Translations under genes and position numbers: made by a program | Shown here: one piece after another, positions 26,783 through 37,433 of the stretch | How the letters are laid out: each line of letters begins with the position of its first letter | Numbering within the stretch: position 1 is the first letter of the stretch | The notes under the pieces: generated by a model | Told to the model about the DNA's origin: nothing | What the model saw: only the letters and a program-made list of their open reading frames with translations | Databases searched by the model: none | Source of the DNA: a virus | Length of the DNA stretch: 64,000 bases | Reading direction: 5' to 3' (one strand) | IMG/VR virus record: IMGVR_UViG_3300010412_000002 | Location: 32,001 to 96,000 of that record

Positions 26783-27517
26783 ATGGAAACTCATCTTAAA
26801 AGAAACGATATGCCTACTAGGGCACAAAGATTCGATGTAACCGTTCCGGCAGATATTTGGATTCCTAACCAGGATGAGTTCATTACTCCACCTTCTAGAA
26901 AGAATGTGGGATTTGGCGGATTTATTTCTACCTCTCGTAAAGGTACTAAATTCTCTCTAAAGGAATTTGTCGCTAGTGTAGCCAATGCAACTATTAGCGC
27001 TGTTAACGGTCTTACGGAATCTTTAGGAACAGTAAAACTAGGCGGTTCTCTTACCGAGAATACTACTATTACTGGTACTACGTATGACCTTGCAGTTACT
27101 ACTTCGACTGGGGATATAACTTTCACGACTACAAATTCTGCAGGAAGTATTGATCTTACTTCTGCTGGGGCTATTGATATTACTAGCAGCCAATCACTAT
27201 TTGTAACTGCTCCAAGTAATCAAGCGACATTTGGAGGTCACACTACTTTTATTTCAACATCTTCTCCTACTGGTCTAGACATTAATGTAACCGCAAATGA
27301 CGGGGTACTCATTAGAGCTGAAGGAGTTGTAGGAAGTAATACAAATGTTGATATTGAATCTGCTGTAGGTGATATTACTCTCACTGCAGCTGGTAATATT
27401 AATATGGCTCTTGCTTGTATACCAACATATGCAGATGATACTGCGGCAGGTGTAGGTGGACTTACTGCAGGAGAACTATATAAAACTGCCACTGGCTCTC
27501 TTCAAATTAAACTCTAA
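26783..27517 (+). CDS. Fibre/decoration protein, paralogue 2
   Basis: Same C-terminal module as the previous gene. Confidence 0.65.
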   Translation: METHLKRNDMPTRAQRFDVTVPADIWIPNQDEFITPPSRKNVGFGGFISTSRKGTKFSLKEFVASVANATISAVNGLTESLGTVKLGGSLTENTTITGTTYDLAVTTSTGDITFTTTNSAGSIDLTSAGAIDITSSQSLFVTAPSNQATFGGHTTFISTSSPTGLDINVTANDGVLIRAEGVVGSNTNVDIESAVGDITLTAAGNINMALACIPTYADDTAAGVGGLTAGELYKTATGSLQIKL

Positions 27518-27519
27518 TC

Positions 27520-28014
27520 ATGACTTTAACTGTAAACTCCGATTGTACATCCTTACAGATAGTTTCTACTTTGATAGATGATTATATTGCTACACCTACT
27601 GTAGATTTAACATTATCCTTTGAAGACTGTGAAGGTACTACATACGAATATGATATTGTGGAGGGGACTGATGTTACTGCAGGTACTCCCAATTTTGCAA
27701 CTATTACTCCTGCTCAGATTATTTCTGCTACCGCCACAGAGTTTCCTGACGGAGTTTATCAGGTAACACTTACTGCGGATGATAGCGGCACAATTACTAC
27801 TGAAGTACAATGCATGTTAGTAGATTGTGACTTGGAATGTAGAGTATTCGATTTTCAAGCAGAGAATCTTACTTCTAGGGTTTCGCAGTATTACGAAGCA
27901 CTTAAATTAGGAGAAACGTGTGATAACTGCTCCTGCACTGGGATGTGCTCTCTTTACAATAAAATACTTGATCTTTTAGCAAACAACACAGAAAATGATT
28001 GTGGATGTCAGTAA
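27520..28014 (+). CDS. Cys-rich virion (tail hub-like) protein
   Basis: FPDGVY motif; C-terminal DCGC. Confidence 0.55.
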   Translation: MTLTVNSDCTSLQIVSTLIDDYIATPTVDLTLSFEDCEGTTYEYDIVEGTDVTAGTPNFATITPAQIISATATEFPDGVYQVTLTADDSGTITTEVQCMLVDCDLECRVFDFQAENLTSRVSQYYEALKLGETCDNCSCTGMCSLYNKILDLLANNTENDCGCQ

Positions 28015-28354
28015 TCTAGATTTAGCTGCACTAAGGTGCTATGCATTCTTCAATGCTTCTCAAATTGCATTAGCAGAGGAGTATGGTATTGAATGTAATA
28101 CAGAGTATTACGAAACTCAGATGCATAAGGCCTTAGCATACTTGTTTTTAGCAGAGAATTGTGCGGCTAATCTCACTGACGAGATCTTCTGTGCAATTCA
28201 AGAATTTATTGATGATGCATTATTTAGTGCATTATATGTTCGAAGAAACAGTGAAGATTGCGCTGAAGGAGCTTCTGATCCAGTTTGTATTTTAACAATC
28301 ACCGATAATGTAACTTCTTGTACTGGAGGATTATCAATAAACATATTGCAATGA
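27995..28354 (+). CDS. Cys-rich hypothetical virion protein
   Basis: Overlap-coupled; many Cys. Confidence 0.55.
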   Translation: MIVDVSNLDLAALRCYAFFNASQIALAEEYGIECNTEYYETQMHKALAYLFLAENCAANLTDEIFCAIQEFIDDALFSALYVRRNSEDCAEGASDPVCILTITDNVTSCTGGLSINILQ

Positions 28355-29898
28355 TAACGATAACAAAACATATTACATTAAATCCTGGTGTAGGTGAGAC
28401 TGGCCCTTATAATTATACTTGGGGCGTTACCTCATCTTCTTCTGGATGTGTTACGTTTTCTCCATCTACCACTGGAACTATTGCAAATCCTTCGTCTGGA
28501 TCAATTATTACTGATATTAATTTTCTTAATGGTACATGTATTGATGACAGTACTATTACTTTAACTATTAGTTATAATGGAGGTACTTGTAGTAAAGTAT
28601 TTCCTATTACTATTGCAGATCCTTGCGATGATTTAGATGTAGCAATTAGTGCTACTACAACAGATGCTTACCTATTTACTGCGGTAGCCTCTGGTGGGGA
28701 AGGCCCTTATACGTATACGTGGGGCTGGGATGAAGACCTATTTACCCCTGCAGGAAGTTCTGGGAACTCACAAGTTCTTAAACTGACATACATCGGAGGA
28801 TCAGTGCCTCCTGCACAATCAACTGTTTTCTTAACTGTTGCAGATCAAAATGGATGTAGCTTTACTACATCTCAAGATTTTGCAACTTGCTCTCTTTCTT
28901 TTGATCCAGTGAGCGTTATTCTAGAATGTCAACCTGACGGATCTCGTTCCGCAGTGGTATGTTTAGACCCACTAGGATGTGCTACATCCTTAGTAGATTG
29001 GACTACATTCCAAAGTAACAGCGCACTAATGGATGTGACTTTACTTCCGCCAACTCTATTTGGACAAAATTTTGCTTGTTATGTAAATGGAGGAAGACGG
29101 GCGCGTATTACAATGGATGCTGATACTAATCCTGGCAACAGTGGTTACAACACGTTCTACTGTTACGTACAAACTACAACAGGAGTAACTGCAAGTATTC
29201 AAGTTACGGCTACTTATCCAAGTTGTACTATTCCGCCTGTTAATCCTATTAGCATTGCTGCTCAAGCTCCTTTCCAAATTGACTGTAGTTATACGCCTGG
29301 AAGTACGTACGAAATTGGCCCAATTACGGATTTCATCACCACGTATAATGGTGGGCAGATTGACTTTACTTCATTTCAATTTATTCCACTCGATACTGGT
29401 ATTCCGACTGCAGGACCTGTCACGACTACATTAAGTGGTAGCGCAGACTACAACAATGCTACCAAGATGATAGAGTATACAGTACCTGCGGCAACTGGCA
29501 CGGATGCTTTTATGTGGACAATATGCGATACCGCAGGAAACTGCGCAGAATCTCAAATATATGCTATTGTTCTTGATTGCACTCTTAGTCCTACTGCTGT
29601 TAATGATTCCGAATGTGCCGTTTGTGGAGAAGCTATTGAGCACGATGTGTTGTCTAACGATACTGTTAATGGTGTTTTATACAATGTTTCCATTGCTTCT
29701 TCTCCTTCTCATGGCTCTGCTGTTTTTAATGGCGACTTTGGGACTCCTCGTATTATTTACACTCCCAATGCTACTTACAGCGGTAGCGACTCATACGATT
29801 ATACAGTATGGAATGACTCTGGTGAATCGGATACGGCGACTGTTACCGTAAACGTACTTTGTGCTGGAGCTGATTCTGAAATAGCTACTTGCGAATAA
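28351..29898 (+). CDS. Ig-like multidomain protein (SprB/PKD-like repeat plus Big_9/cadherin-like domain)
   Basis: ASGGEGPYTYTW, TVADQNGCS; PTAVND..DVLSND..PSHGSA..YTPNATYSGSDSYDYTV. Confidence 0.7.
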   Translation: MITITKHITLNPGVGETGPYNYTWGVTSSSSGCVTFSPSTTGTIANPSSGSIITDINFLNGTCIDDSTITLTISYNGGTCSKVFPITIADPCDDLDVAISATTTDAYLFTAVASGGEGPYTYTWGWDEDLFTPAGSSGNSQVLKLTYIGGSVPPAQSTVFLTVADQNGCSFTTSQDFATCSLSFDPVSVILECQPDGSRSAVVCLDPLGCATSLVDWTTFQSNSALMDVTLLPPTLFGQNFACYVNGGRRARITMDADTNPGNSGYNTFYCYVQTTTGVTASIQVTATYPSCTIPPVNPISIAAQAPFQIDCSYTPGSTYEIGPITDFITTYNGGQIDFTSFQFIPLDTGIPTAGPVTTTLSGSADYNNATKMIEYTVPAATGTDAFMWTICDTAGNCAESQIYAIVLDCTLSPTAVNDSECAVCGEAIEHDVLSNDTVNGVLYNVSIASSPSHGSAVFNGDFGTPRIIYTPNATYSGSDSYDYTVWNDSGESDTATVTVNVLCAGADSEIATCE

Positions 29899-29908
29899 AT
29901 AACTTGAT

Positions 29909-30643
29909 ATGGCAATTATAATCACACCTTACGATATTTTAACAGACAATAACGCGGGTGTTGCGCCAACTACTGGAGGTACGTGGTCATATGTCGGCAC
30001 TGGATCTACTGGTGCCGCACCACTTCCCCCTAATCCACCTGGTTTATACGATGGTACTCTAGATTTTACTGGGGTAACTAATGCTCCGGCAGGTACGTAT
30101 ATTTATCGATATACTGTTACTTCTGGAGGATGTTCCGCTTATGCAGATCTTGACGTTTCTAACTTTGACCACATTATTGTAAAAAATGATGTGTGTGCAT
30201 CTGCAAGAGAAATCGTATTCCCTTATAATGGAGGAACCGCAACTTTGCCCAATCAGTTATTAGGTGAAGCATGCCCTGGCCAAATCCACCCAACTTACTC
30301 AGCAACTGCTACTCCTACTGAATGGGGTAGTGCGACATTTGTAGGAGATTTATGGTATGAATTAAACTATGATGCTACTTATCTGCCTGCTACCGACATT
30401 CCTATTGTAATGTCAATAACTGCGGATGGTATTCCTTACGGAAGTGAAGGAATTGTAGAACCATATTTAGCTGTCTATTCTTCTTGTACACCCGGTCTTG
30501 TAGAAGCAGATGTTCCTATTAGTGGATCACAAAGCATCGATATAATCATATCGGATGTATTTACAAGTAACTTTACATACTACATTAGAGTAGCATGTGT
30601 AGATGGAAATCAAGGAAAATTTAATATTTCTGTAACAACCTAA
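29909..30643 (+). CDS. Beta-sandwich protein with adhesin-type modules
   Basis: GGTW..GTYIYRYTV..GGC; NDVCASA..DLWY..LAVYSSC..YYIRV..GKFNISV. Confidence 0.6.
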   Translation: MAIIITPYDILTDNNAGVAPTTGGTWSYVGTGSTGAAPLPPNPPGLYDGTLDFTGVTNAPAGTYIYRYTVTSGGCSAYADLDVSNFDHIIVKNDVCASAREIVFPYNGGTATLPNQLLGEACPGQIHPTYSATATPTEWGSATFVGDLWYELNYDATYLPATDIPIVMSITADGIPYGSEGIVEPYLAVYSSCTPGLVEADVPISGSQSIDIIISDVFTSNFTYYIRVACVDGNQGKFNISVTT

Positions 30644-30645
30644 TA

Positions 30646-30939
30646 ATGGCTATCATATACACCACCCCTAGTGGTAATGTTCAAACATCTGTAAATACTG
30701 CTAATAGAAGGGATGATGGAACTAGCGGCTCGTCTTCATCAGGAGATAAGCATTATACCCATTATCAAGGTGTAGCATCTACAACATGGAATGTAACCCA
30801 TAATCTAGGGAAATATCCTGCTGTGCAAGTACTAGATTCTGCTAAAAACCTAGTAACTGGAGATGTACAGCATATAGATCTAAATAATACCGTGCTCAGC
30901 TTTGCGTACGCTTTCTCGGGCTCGGCAACTTTTAATTAA
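30646..30939 (+). CDS. Small fibre-associated protein
   Basis: STTWNVTHNLGKYPAVQV motif common in phage fibre domains. Confidence 0.65.
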   Translation: MAIIYTTPSGNVQTSVNTANRRDDGTSGSSSSGDKHYTHYQGVASTTWNVTHNLGKYPAVQVLDSAKNLVTGDVQHIDLNNTVLSFAYAFSGSATFN

Positions 30940-30944
30940 AATAT

Positions 30945-32834
30945 ATGGCTCACTTATTTCACACTCCAATTGACCTTAATCAATTGGAAGTTTTAAACCC
31001 AACTTTTCAGTTGTTAGGATCGGCCCCGGGTACACCCGTTGAGGGCCAATTCTATTATAATACAACTGATGATGGAGTGTATTTTCGTAACGGGTCAGCT
31101 GCCTGGGAAAAGTTCGTAGGCACAATTAATAACGTTGGTACTATTGCTGGAGCGGTAGACGGAGCCAATGATTATTTTGTAATCTACGATGGTTCTGCAA
31201 GTGCAAACGTAAAAGTAGCAGTAGACACTTTACTGTCTGATGTAGGACCATTTGAGAATGTTCTAACCTTCTCTAACGGCCTAACTCGCACAGTTGATGC
31301 AATTGCACTAGGTGGAACACTTACTGGTAATACAACCATTAACGGAAGTACTAGTTATTACCTGGATGTAACTGGTAGCTCGGGTAGTATTGTTCCATTG
31401 CATGCTACTAACACTTCAACTGGTACAGCATTACTAGCAACAGCTTCTGAATCATCTGCAATTGAATCAGTGATAGAAACTACCAATACTAATTCAGTTT
31501 ACCAGAACATTACTCTTACAAGAACTAGTTCAGGAACTCCTGCAAATGGTATTGGTTCATCAATTCAATTTAATATTGAAACAACTGTTGCTACTCGCGC
31601 TGCAGGTTCTTTTCAAATGCTGTGGACAGATGCTACAGATGCTACTCGTACTTCGGCAATTGATCTTTATACAACTAATTCTGGCTCAACTTCACGTAAA
31701 GTACGTATCGCGGGTTCTGGGCAGCTTACGCTGGACGGCTATGGTACGGGTACTTTTACTGGTACCGATGCATATTGGCTTGCTGTAGATTCCTCAGGTA
31801 ACATTATCGAAGAGGCAGCGCCAGGAGGTGTATCTGATACTTATTCTACTGTAACAGGTGACACTGGAACTGCTTCTGCTACTGGTGCAGAAACTCTTGA
31901 TTTTTCCGGTGGAACTGGTATTAGCACTACTGTAACTGCAGGTTCTCCGGATGATGTAACTATTGCAATTGACGTAAACTCAACTGTAGATTTTTCGGCT
32001 AGTACTCCTGTATGGACTTTTGGTAATGAAACTACCGCAGAAGGTTTGTTTGTAACTGGTACTCCCGTAGATGGAAACCACGTAGTTAATAAAACCTATG
32101 TAGATAATTTGGCTAGCGGACTTGATGGCAAAGCATCTGTTCTTGTCGCCACCACTGCTGATATTACTATTGCCACCGCACTTAATAGTGGGGATACTAT
32201 TGATGGTGTACTTCTTGCTGATGGTGATCGCGTGCTTGTTAAGAACCAAGCTGCCCCAGCAGAAAATGGTATTTACGTAGTAGACGCTTCCCCATTCCGC
32301 GCAACTGATGCAGATGCTTGGGACGAGCTTGTCGCTGCGTATGTATGGGTAGAAGAAGGAACTGTTAATCAAGATACTGGCTGGCTTTGTACTGTAGATG
32401 CAGGTGGAACACTAAATACTACTGCAGTTACTTGGACATTATTTGCCTCTGCAACTGCACTTATTGCTGGCGAAGGTCTTGCCAAGACTGGAAATGCAAT
32501 TGATCTAGATCTCAGTGATCTTACTTCTCTTGGAGCTACCGCAGCTTTGGATGATACTTTGGGTATCTATGACACTGACGCTGTTTCTACAAAGAAAATT
32601 ACTGTAGCAAATCTCTTAAATGCCCACAAGTATGCCACAACGACTAATGTTGGTACTGCTGAAGGTGCAGTGGTTGTAAACCACGCATTAAATAGTACTG
32701 ATGTTATTGTTCAAGTATATGATACTTCTACTAGCGATGTTATCACCATTGATATTGATATCACGGATGCTAACAACGTAACCATTCAAGCGTCGGGTTC
32801 AACTCGTTCTGTTCGTTGTATTGTAATGCGGTAA
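30945..32834 (+). CDS. Tail/head fibre protein
   Basis: VNKTYVD; KASVLVATT..IDGV.LADGDRVLVKNQ..AENGIYV; C-terminal NHALNSTDVIVQVYD. Confidence 0.75.
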   Translation: MAHLFHTPIDLNQLEVLNPTFQLLGSAPGTPVEGQFYYNTTDDGVYFRNGSAAWEKFVGTINNVGTIAGAVDGANDYFVIYDGSASANVKVAVDTLLSDVGPFENVLTFSNGLTRTVDAIALGGTLTGNTTINGSTSYYLDVTGSSGSIVPLHATNTSTGTALLATASESSAIESVIETTNTNSVYQNITLTRTSSGTPANGIGSSIQFNIETTVATRAAGSFQMLWTDATDATRTSAIDLYTTNSGSTSRKVRIAGSGQLTLDGYGTGTFTGTDAYWLAVDSSGNIIEEAAPGGVSDTYSTVTGDTGTASATGAETLDFSGGTGISTTVTAGSPDDVTIAIDVNSTVDFSASTPVWTFGNETTAEGLFVTGTPVDGNHVVNKTYVDNLASGLDGKASVLVATTADITIATALNSGDTIDGVLLADGDRVLVKNQAAPAENGIYVVDASPFRATDADAWDELVAAYVWVEEGTVNQDTGWLCTVDAGGTLNTTAVTWTLFASATALIAGEGLAKTGNAIDLDLSDLTSLGATAALDDTLGIYDTDAVSTKKITVANLLNAHKYATTTNVGTAEGAVVVNHALNSTDVIVQVYDTSTSDVITIDIDITDANNVTIQASGSTRSVRCIVMR

Positions 32835-32846
32835 TAAATTTTAACT

Positions 32847-35345
32847 ATGTCTAAGAAATACGCAACTACTATAGATGCAGATGGCTTGTTAGTAAACACT
32901 CCATCGTCTACTTCTACCAATGAAGTAATAGCTAGATTCACCATATCAGATGCTTCTGGGAGTGAAGAACTTCGGATCGACAACCGTTCAGTATCTGATG
33001 GATCATTCTGGCCTTCTATTAATGCTTTAGGAACTACTAGTACTACGGCCATGTATGTAATGGGTACTAGTACAAGCGACAATTCCTCTGATAATGCTGT
33101 AATTAGACTAGGTGGAGTTAAAGTACCAAGCATAGCGGCTCCTTATACTAGCCGCACTTCATTTTCTGCTAGACCAATAGTACAGATTATGAATGGTACG
33201 GCTGCTATAACTGCTGTTGTTGGTTACGACGGACAATGGACGTTGTCTCCTACTACTGCTTCCAAGGAATACTTGACTACTCGTGGCCATTTATCAGGAA
33301 CAGAGGAACGATTTACCGTTCTTAACAGTAGTGAATCTTCTTGGGTTAATAGCGTGGCTGTATCTAACACGCAATCAGATATAGCAGGAATAACGTTGGC
33401 AAAAGCTGCTGGTACTACTTTATCAAGTACTCCTACTGCAATTACCACGGGAGAATCAGTTGCAAGAATTGATGCCACAGGGTACTTTGGAGCTACTGCT
33501 GGGTGGAACACAAATGCTTCAATTGCATTCAATGTAGGTACAGTTACAACTGATACCCACATGCCAATGTCAATTACTTTCAGTACATCCAATCAGTTGG
33601 AAGGTAACCTAACAAGCGCGTTAGTTCTTCAATCAACTCAACAAGCTACACTTAGTCAATATGGATCTGGGACGTATACTGGAACTCCTGCTTATTACTT
33701 AGCGATTGACTCAAGTGGTAATATAATCGAAGAAACTGGAGGTGCAGGTGATGGCAATGGTATCTACGATGGAAGTGGTACTATTGGAGCAGCTGCTGTT
33801 GCAACTATTACAGGAACCTCTACGTTTACGATTGATTGGTCAGATACTACAGATGCTTTATTATTTACAGATAGTACCAAAGTATTAAAATTCGATGGGG
33901 CTAGACTAGACATAGGTGGAGGAACAACTGCTCCCTCACTAAGATTCTGGGAACCATCAGGTAGTGGTTCTAACTATGTTGAGTTTAAAGCTATAGCTAC
34001 TACTTCTGACCAAACTTATACTTTACCTGTAGCTTACCCATCTACTTCAGGTAGAGCATTAATATCCTCTACAGGAGGGGCTATGTCTTGGGCAACATTA
34101 GAAAACTGGGGAGACATCTGGGTAGTTAATACTGATGGTAGTGTACAGGTTACTGCTGATCAGAATAACGATGGTATAACATATTATTCCCCAGACAATT
34201 CTATTCGTATGGTTGGTGACAATGCATACGGTGGATTTAGTGATGATGCTATTACTTGGAGATTAGCAATTGACAAGTTAACTAACTCACTTACTTCGGG
34301 CACATTAGCTACTGGAGATCTTTTCGTAGTATGGGATCTGGATGCGAACGAAAATAAATATATTACCGCTAATGAAATGTCTTCCTACTTTGGAGGTGGA
34401 GGTGGTGGTATATATGGAGGTTCTGGAACCATTGCTTCTGCGGCAGTAGCTACATTGACATCTAGTTCTACATTTACTATTGATTATAGTGGCGGAACAG
34501 ATGCTATTACTATTACCGATACTACAAGTACGATTCGATTAAACGGTTCTGCTATTTATATTGGAGGAGAAGCTTCTACTACTGAGATGAGATTTCTTGA
34601 AGCTTCTGGAAATGGATCAGAGTATACAGGATTTAAAGCTCCAGATTCCCTCGGAGCAAATCAGATGTACACGCTACCATCCGATACCCCTAATGATGGC
34701 GACGTATTAGAGTGGAATACAGGAGGGACCCTATCTTGGGAAACAAGAGTAACTGGTCCAGGAGCTGTTACTGATAATACCATTGCTTTATTTAATGGTA
34801 CTTCTGGAAATGCGATAGACAGTTCTGGTGTAACTCTTACAACAGCTACTGATCAATTTACTTTGACTAATGGTAACGCATCACTTATTGTTGACGATAA
34901 TTCTGGTGGGGCAGGAGCACTTAGGCTGTCTATCAGCGCCACTGGTATCGCTCAAGTTGATGTTGCAGGATCTCCTGATGACATCGTTAGCAGGACAGCC
35001 TCTCAAACAATTACTAACAAATTTATAAATCCTAGAGTATACAGTACAGCTAGCGCTTCCTCAGTTTCTATAGATGGTGGTTATGATCACTATCAAGTAA
35101 CTGCTTTAGCAACTGGCTTAACTATTGATGATACTATTGCTACTACTCCTGCTGCAGGGCAAAGAGTAGTATTAAGAATACAAGATAGTGGTAGTTCTCA
35201 ATCATTAACCTGGGATCCAGGATTTGTTCCTGTCGGAGTAACGTTACCTACAGCAACTACTTCCGGTAAATTGCATTATTTTGGAATGATCTGGAATAAT
35301 ACAGATTCTGTATTTGATGTAGTTGCTTATTCTGTAGAAGCTTAA
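32847..35345 (+). CDS. Long fibre protein with internal duplication
   Basis: Two GIY.GSGTI..AAVAT..LRF.E.SG.GS.Y..FKA..YTLP units; C-terminal LRIQDSGSSQSLTW..LPTATTSGK. Confidence 0.75.
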   Translation: MSKKYATTIDADGLLVNTPSSTSTNEVIARFTISDASGSEELRIDNRSVSDGSFWPSINALGTTSTTAMYVMGTSTSDNSSDNAVIRLGGVKVPSIAAPYTSRTSFSARPIVQIMNGTAAITAVVGYDGQWTLSPTTASKEYLTTRGHLSGTEERFTVLNSSESSWVNSVAVSNTQSDIAGITLAKAAGTTLSSTPTAITTGESVARIDATGYFGATAGWNTNASIAFNVGTVTTDTHMPMSITFSTSNQLEGNLTSALVLQSTQQATLSQYGSGTYTGTPAYYLAIDSSGNIIEETGGAGDGNGIYDGSGTIGAAAVATITGTSTFTIDWSDTTDALLFTDSTKVLKFDGARLDIGGGTTAPSLRFWEPSGSGSNYVEFKAIATTSDQTYTLPVAYPSTSGRALISSTGGAMSWATLENWGDIWVVNTDGSVQVTADQNNDGITYYSPDNSIRMVGDNAYGGFSDDAITWRLAIDKLTNSLTSGTLATGDLFVVWDLDANENKYITANEMSSYFGGGGGGIYGGSGTIASAAVATLTSSSTFTIDYSGGTDAITITDTTSTIRLNGSAIYIGGEASTTEMRFLEASGNGSEYTGFKAPDSLGANQMYTLPSDTPNDGDVLEWNTGGTLSWETRVTGPGAVTDNTIALFNGTSGNAIDSSGVTLTTATDQFTLTNGNASLIVDDNSGGAGALRLSISATGIAQVDVAGSPDDIVSRTASQTITNKFINPRVYSTASASSVSIDGGYDHYQVTALATGLTIDDTIATTPAAGQRVVLRIQDSGSSQSLTWDPGFVPVGVTLPTATTSGKLHYFGMIWNNTDSVFDVVAYSVEA

Positions 35346-35364
35346 ATATATTAATATATAAACC

Positions 35365-36642
35365 ATGTCTCTATTCTATACTCTTATTGTACCTTTTCTG
35401 GTTTCTTTTTTCTCAATTACAGAAGGCACATGGATTACGGATTGTGAAGTCCAAGATGCGTGTGCGGATGCTTGTAACTATACTGATAGTCCAGTATACG
35501 TTAATCAAGATTGTTTAGAGAAAGTTGCTAACCTATCTGATTGGTCAGATCTACAAGGAGATAACTGCGATACAGTATTCCTAAAACCTGGGGATTATAC
35601 TGGACTTGGCAATCTTGAGTATTCTGATCTTAATTCAAACACGGTAGTACTGTATGGACTAACCTATCCTATGGGTTCCGGTACTACTTCTGCTGTGCGT
35701 ATTCTTTCCTTCAATGATCCGGATTTCACAGACTCAAAACTTGAGTTTGTTAATATCATCTTCGAGGAAGGAGTAAGCATCGCAGCTCAGCCTACATCTA
35801 GCTTTGGTTGGTTTAATGATTCCGACATTACGTTTAACTGCTGCTTATTTGAAGATTATGGATTTTCCTCTACGGATGATCCGCAAAAAGCACAAGCTCC
35901 TGACATCGGGTTCTTTAGCTGCTATTTCGATGCTTGTGATGTAGGAATTGCTTTTGGAAATGGCTATGTTAAAAACTGTATCTTCGATGCCTGTGGAGTT
36001 GGCATTGATCTCTATGCTGCACATCCAGCTAGTTACGATGCGGTTGGACATACTGTTGAACTTGACTCCCTAGTATTTATTGGCGATGAATCTGAAGCTG
36101 TTAATTACGCAGTTATAGATAACAGTGAATATTATGGATACTACGATGAAAATGAAAATTGGGTAGATGCAGATAACATTAGTTATACTGAACTTACTAA
36201 TTCTTCATTTATTGATATTGAAAAAGGAGTTACTCTAGATGCAGGAGTTGCACATGAATTTAACTACTATTTCTATCATCTATGGTTCTTACCTCTTAAC
36301 GTTACTCCAAGTACCTATGGAGCTATTGATCATCCTGAACTTACTTGGTCTGGATTTGGAACTAAGTCCAGTACTATTTCAGGTTGCCGATTTGTAGACT
36401 TTAGTAATGTTGCTCCTAATAATCTTTCTTGCGATTATCCAGATAGTCAGATTAACATGAGTAGCTCACTATTTGAATACTGCGGATCTGGAGTTTATAA
36501 CTGGGTAAGTTGTACTGGAAATTACCATAGAAATTCTAGTTCTAATTGTAACTCAAGTGCTTATCCTTCTTCTTACACGTTTTGGTATCCTACCAATACT
36601 AATGTGAAGAACTCGGCAAAAACTTCTTATACAATTAACTAA
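35365..36642 (+). CDS. Cys-rich putative beta-helix protein with signal-like N-terminus
   Basis: Hydrophobic N-terminus; DTVFLKPGDY; repeated FDAC.VGI. Confidence 0.55.
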   Translation: MSLFYTLIVPFLVSFFSITEGTWITDCEVQDACADACNYTDSPVYVNQDCLEKVANLSDWSDLQGDNCDTVFLKPGDYTGLGNLEYSDLNSNTVVLYGLTYPMGSGTTSAVRILSFNDPDFTDSKLEFVNIIFEEGVSIAAQPTSSFGWFNDSDITFNCCLFEDYGFSSTDDPQKAQAPDIGFFSCYFDACDVGIAFGNGYVKNCIFDACGVGIDLYAAHPASYDAVGHTVELDSLVFIGDESEAVNYAVIDNSEYYGYYDENENWVDADNISYTELTNSSFIDIEKGVTLDAGVAHEFNYYFYHLWFLPLNVTPSTYGAIDHPELTWSGFGTKSSTISGCRFVDFSNVAPNNLSCDYPDSQINMSSSLFEYCGSGVYNWVSCTGNYHRNSSSNCNSSAYPSSYTFWYPTNTNVKNSAKTSYTIN

Positions 36643-36660
36643 TACAAGATAGGGTGTGTT

Positions 36661-36678
36661 GGCCAAGGCAACTTGGCC
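36661..36678 (+). terminator. GNRA-loop hairpin
   Basis: GGCCAAG-GCAA-CTTGGCC, extendable with flanking AGGGTGTG/TACATTCT. Confidence 0.55.
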
Positions 36679-36702
36679 TTACATTCTTAACTTCTAAATA
36701 AT

Positions 36703-37404
36703 ATGGCAACAGAAACATTTACATCATCAGGTAGTTGGTCTAAACCTGCGGGAGTTACATCTGTATTCGTAGAATGCTGGGGAGCTGCTGGAGGAGGAGG
36801 TGCATCAAATAATACTTCAAATGGTGGTGGAGGAGGCGGAGGTGGTGCCTATGCCTCTGATACAGTTGCGTATAGTTCTGGAGCATCATCGGTAACTTAT
36901 GTAGTTGGTACTGGTGGTGCAGGCGGTACTGGCACAAGTGCTGGCATTAGTGGAGGACACACTTATTGGGGAGCATCTTTTGATGTATTTGCAAGAGGTG
37001 GATATGGTGGTGGAGGTACTGCAGGTGGAAACGGTAGTTCTGGAGCAGGAGGAGAAGATTCCCTTAGTGCAGGTTCTACAAAATACGCCGGAGGAGCTGG
37101 GTCTGCCGGAAACGGTGGAACATACGGAGGCGGCGGTGGCGGCGGTGGAGCTGGATCTACTGGAGCTGGTGGTACGGCTACTAGTACTGCAACTGGCGGA
37201 ACTGGAACTTCTGAAAATGGGGGTGATGGCGGTAATGGAGGAATTGGAGCAGGAACCACTGGAAATAATTACGGAGGTGGTGGAGGTGGAGGCCGTAGAA
37301 GCGGTAGTCCATCATCAGGCCCTGGTGGCGATGGAGCTGGAGGTTATATTAGGATTACATATACACTTCCTACATCGACAGGAAATTTCTTTTTAGTACT
37401 TTAA
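36703..37404 (+). CDS. Glycine-rich domain protein (fibre tip)
   Basis: FTSSGSWSKPAGVTSVFVECWGAAGGGG...GAGGYIRITY. Confidence 0.75.
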   Translation: MATETFTSSGSWSKPAGVTSVFVECWGAAGGGGASNNTSNGGGGGGGGAYASDTVAYSSGASSVTYVVGTGGAGGTGTSAGISGGHTYWGASFDVFARGGYGGGGTAGGNGSSGAGGEDSLSAGSTKYAGGAGSAGNGGTYGGGGGGGGAGSTGAGGTATSTATGGTGTSENGGDGGNGGIGAGTTGNNYGGGGGGGRRSGSPSSGPGGDGAGGYIRITYTLPTSTGNFFLVL

Positions 37405-37433
37405 ATAGCAATATAATATAATATTTATAAATT

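Noticed and set aside
36780-37350. GGN-rich tract as a DNA repeat or CRISPR array
   Set aside because: Explained by glycine codons; no repeat-spacer periodicity seen anywhere in the window
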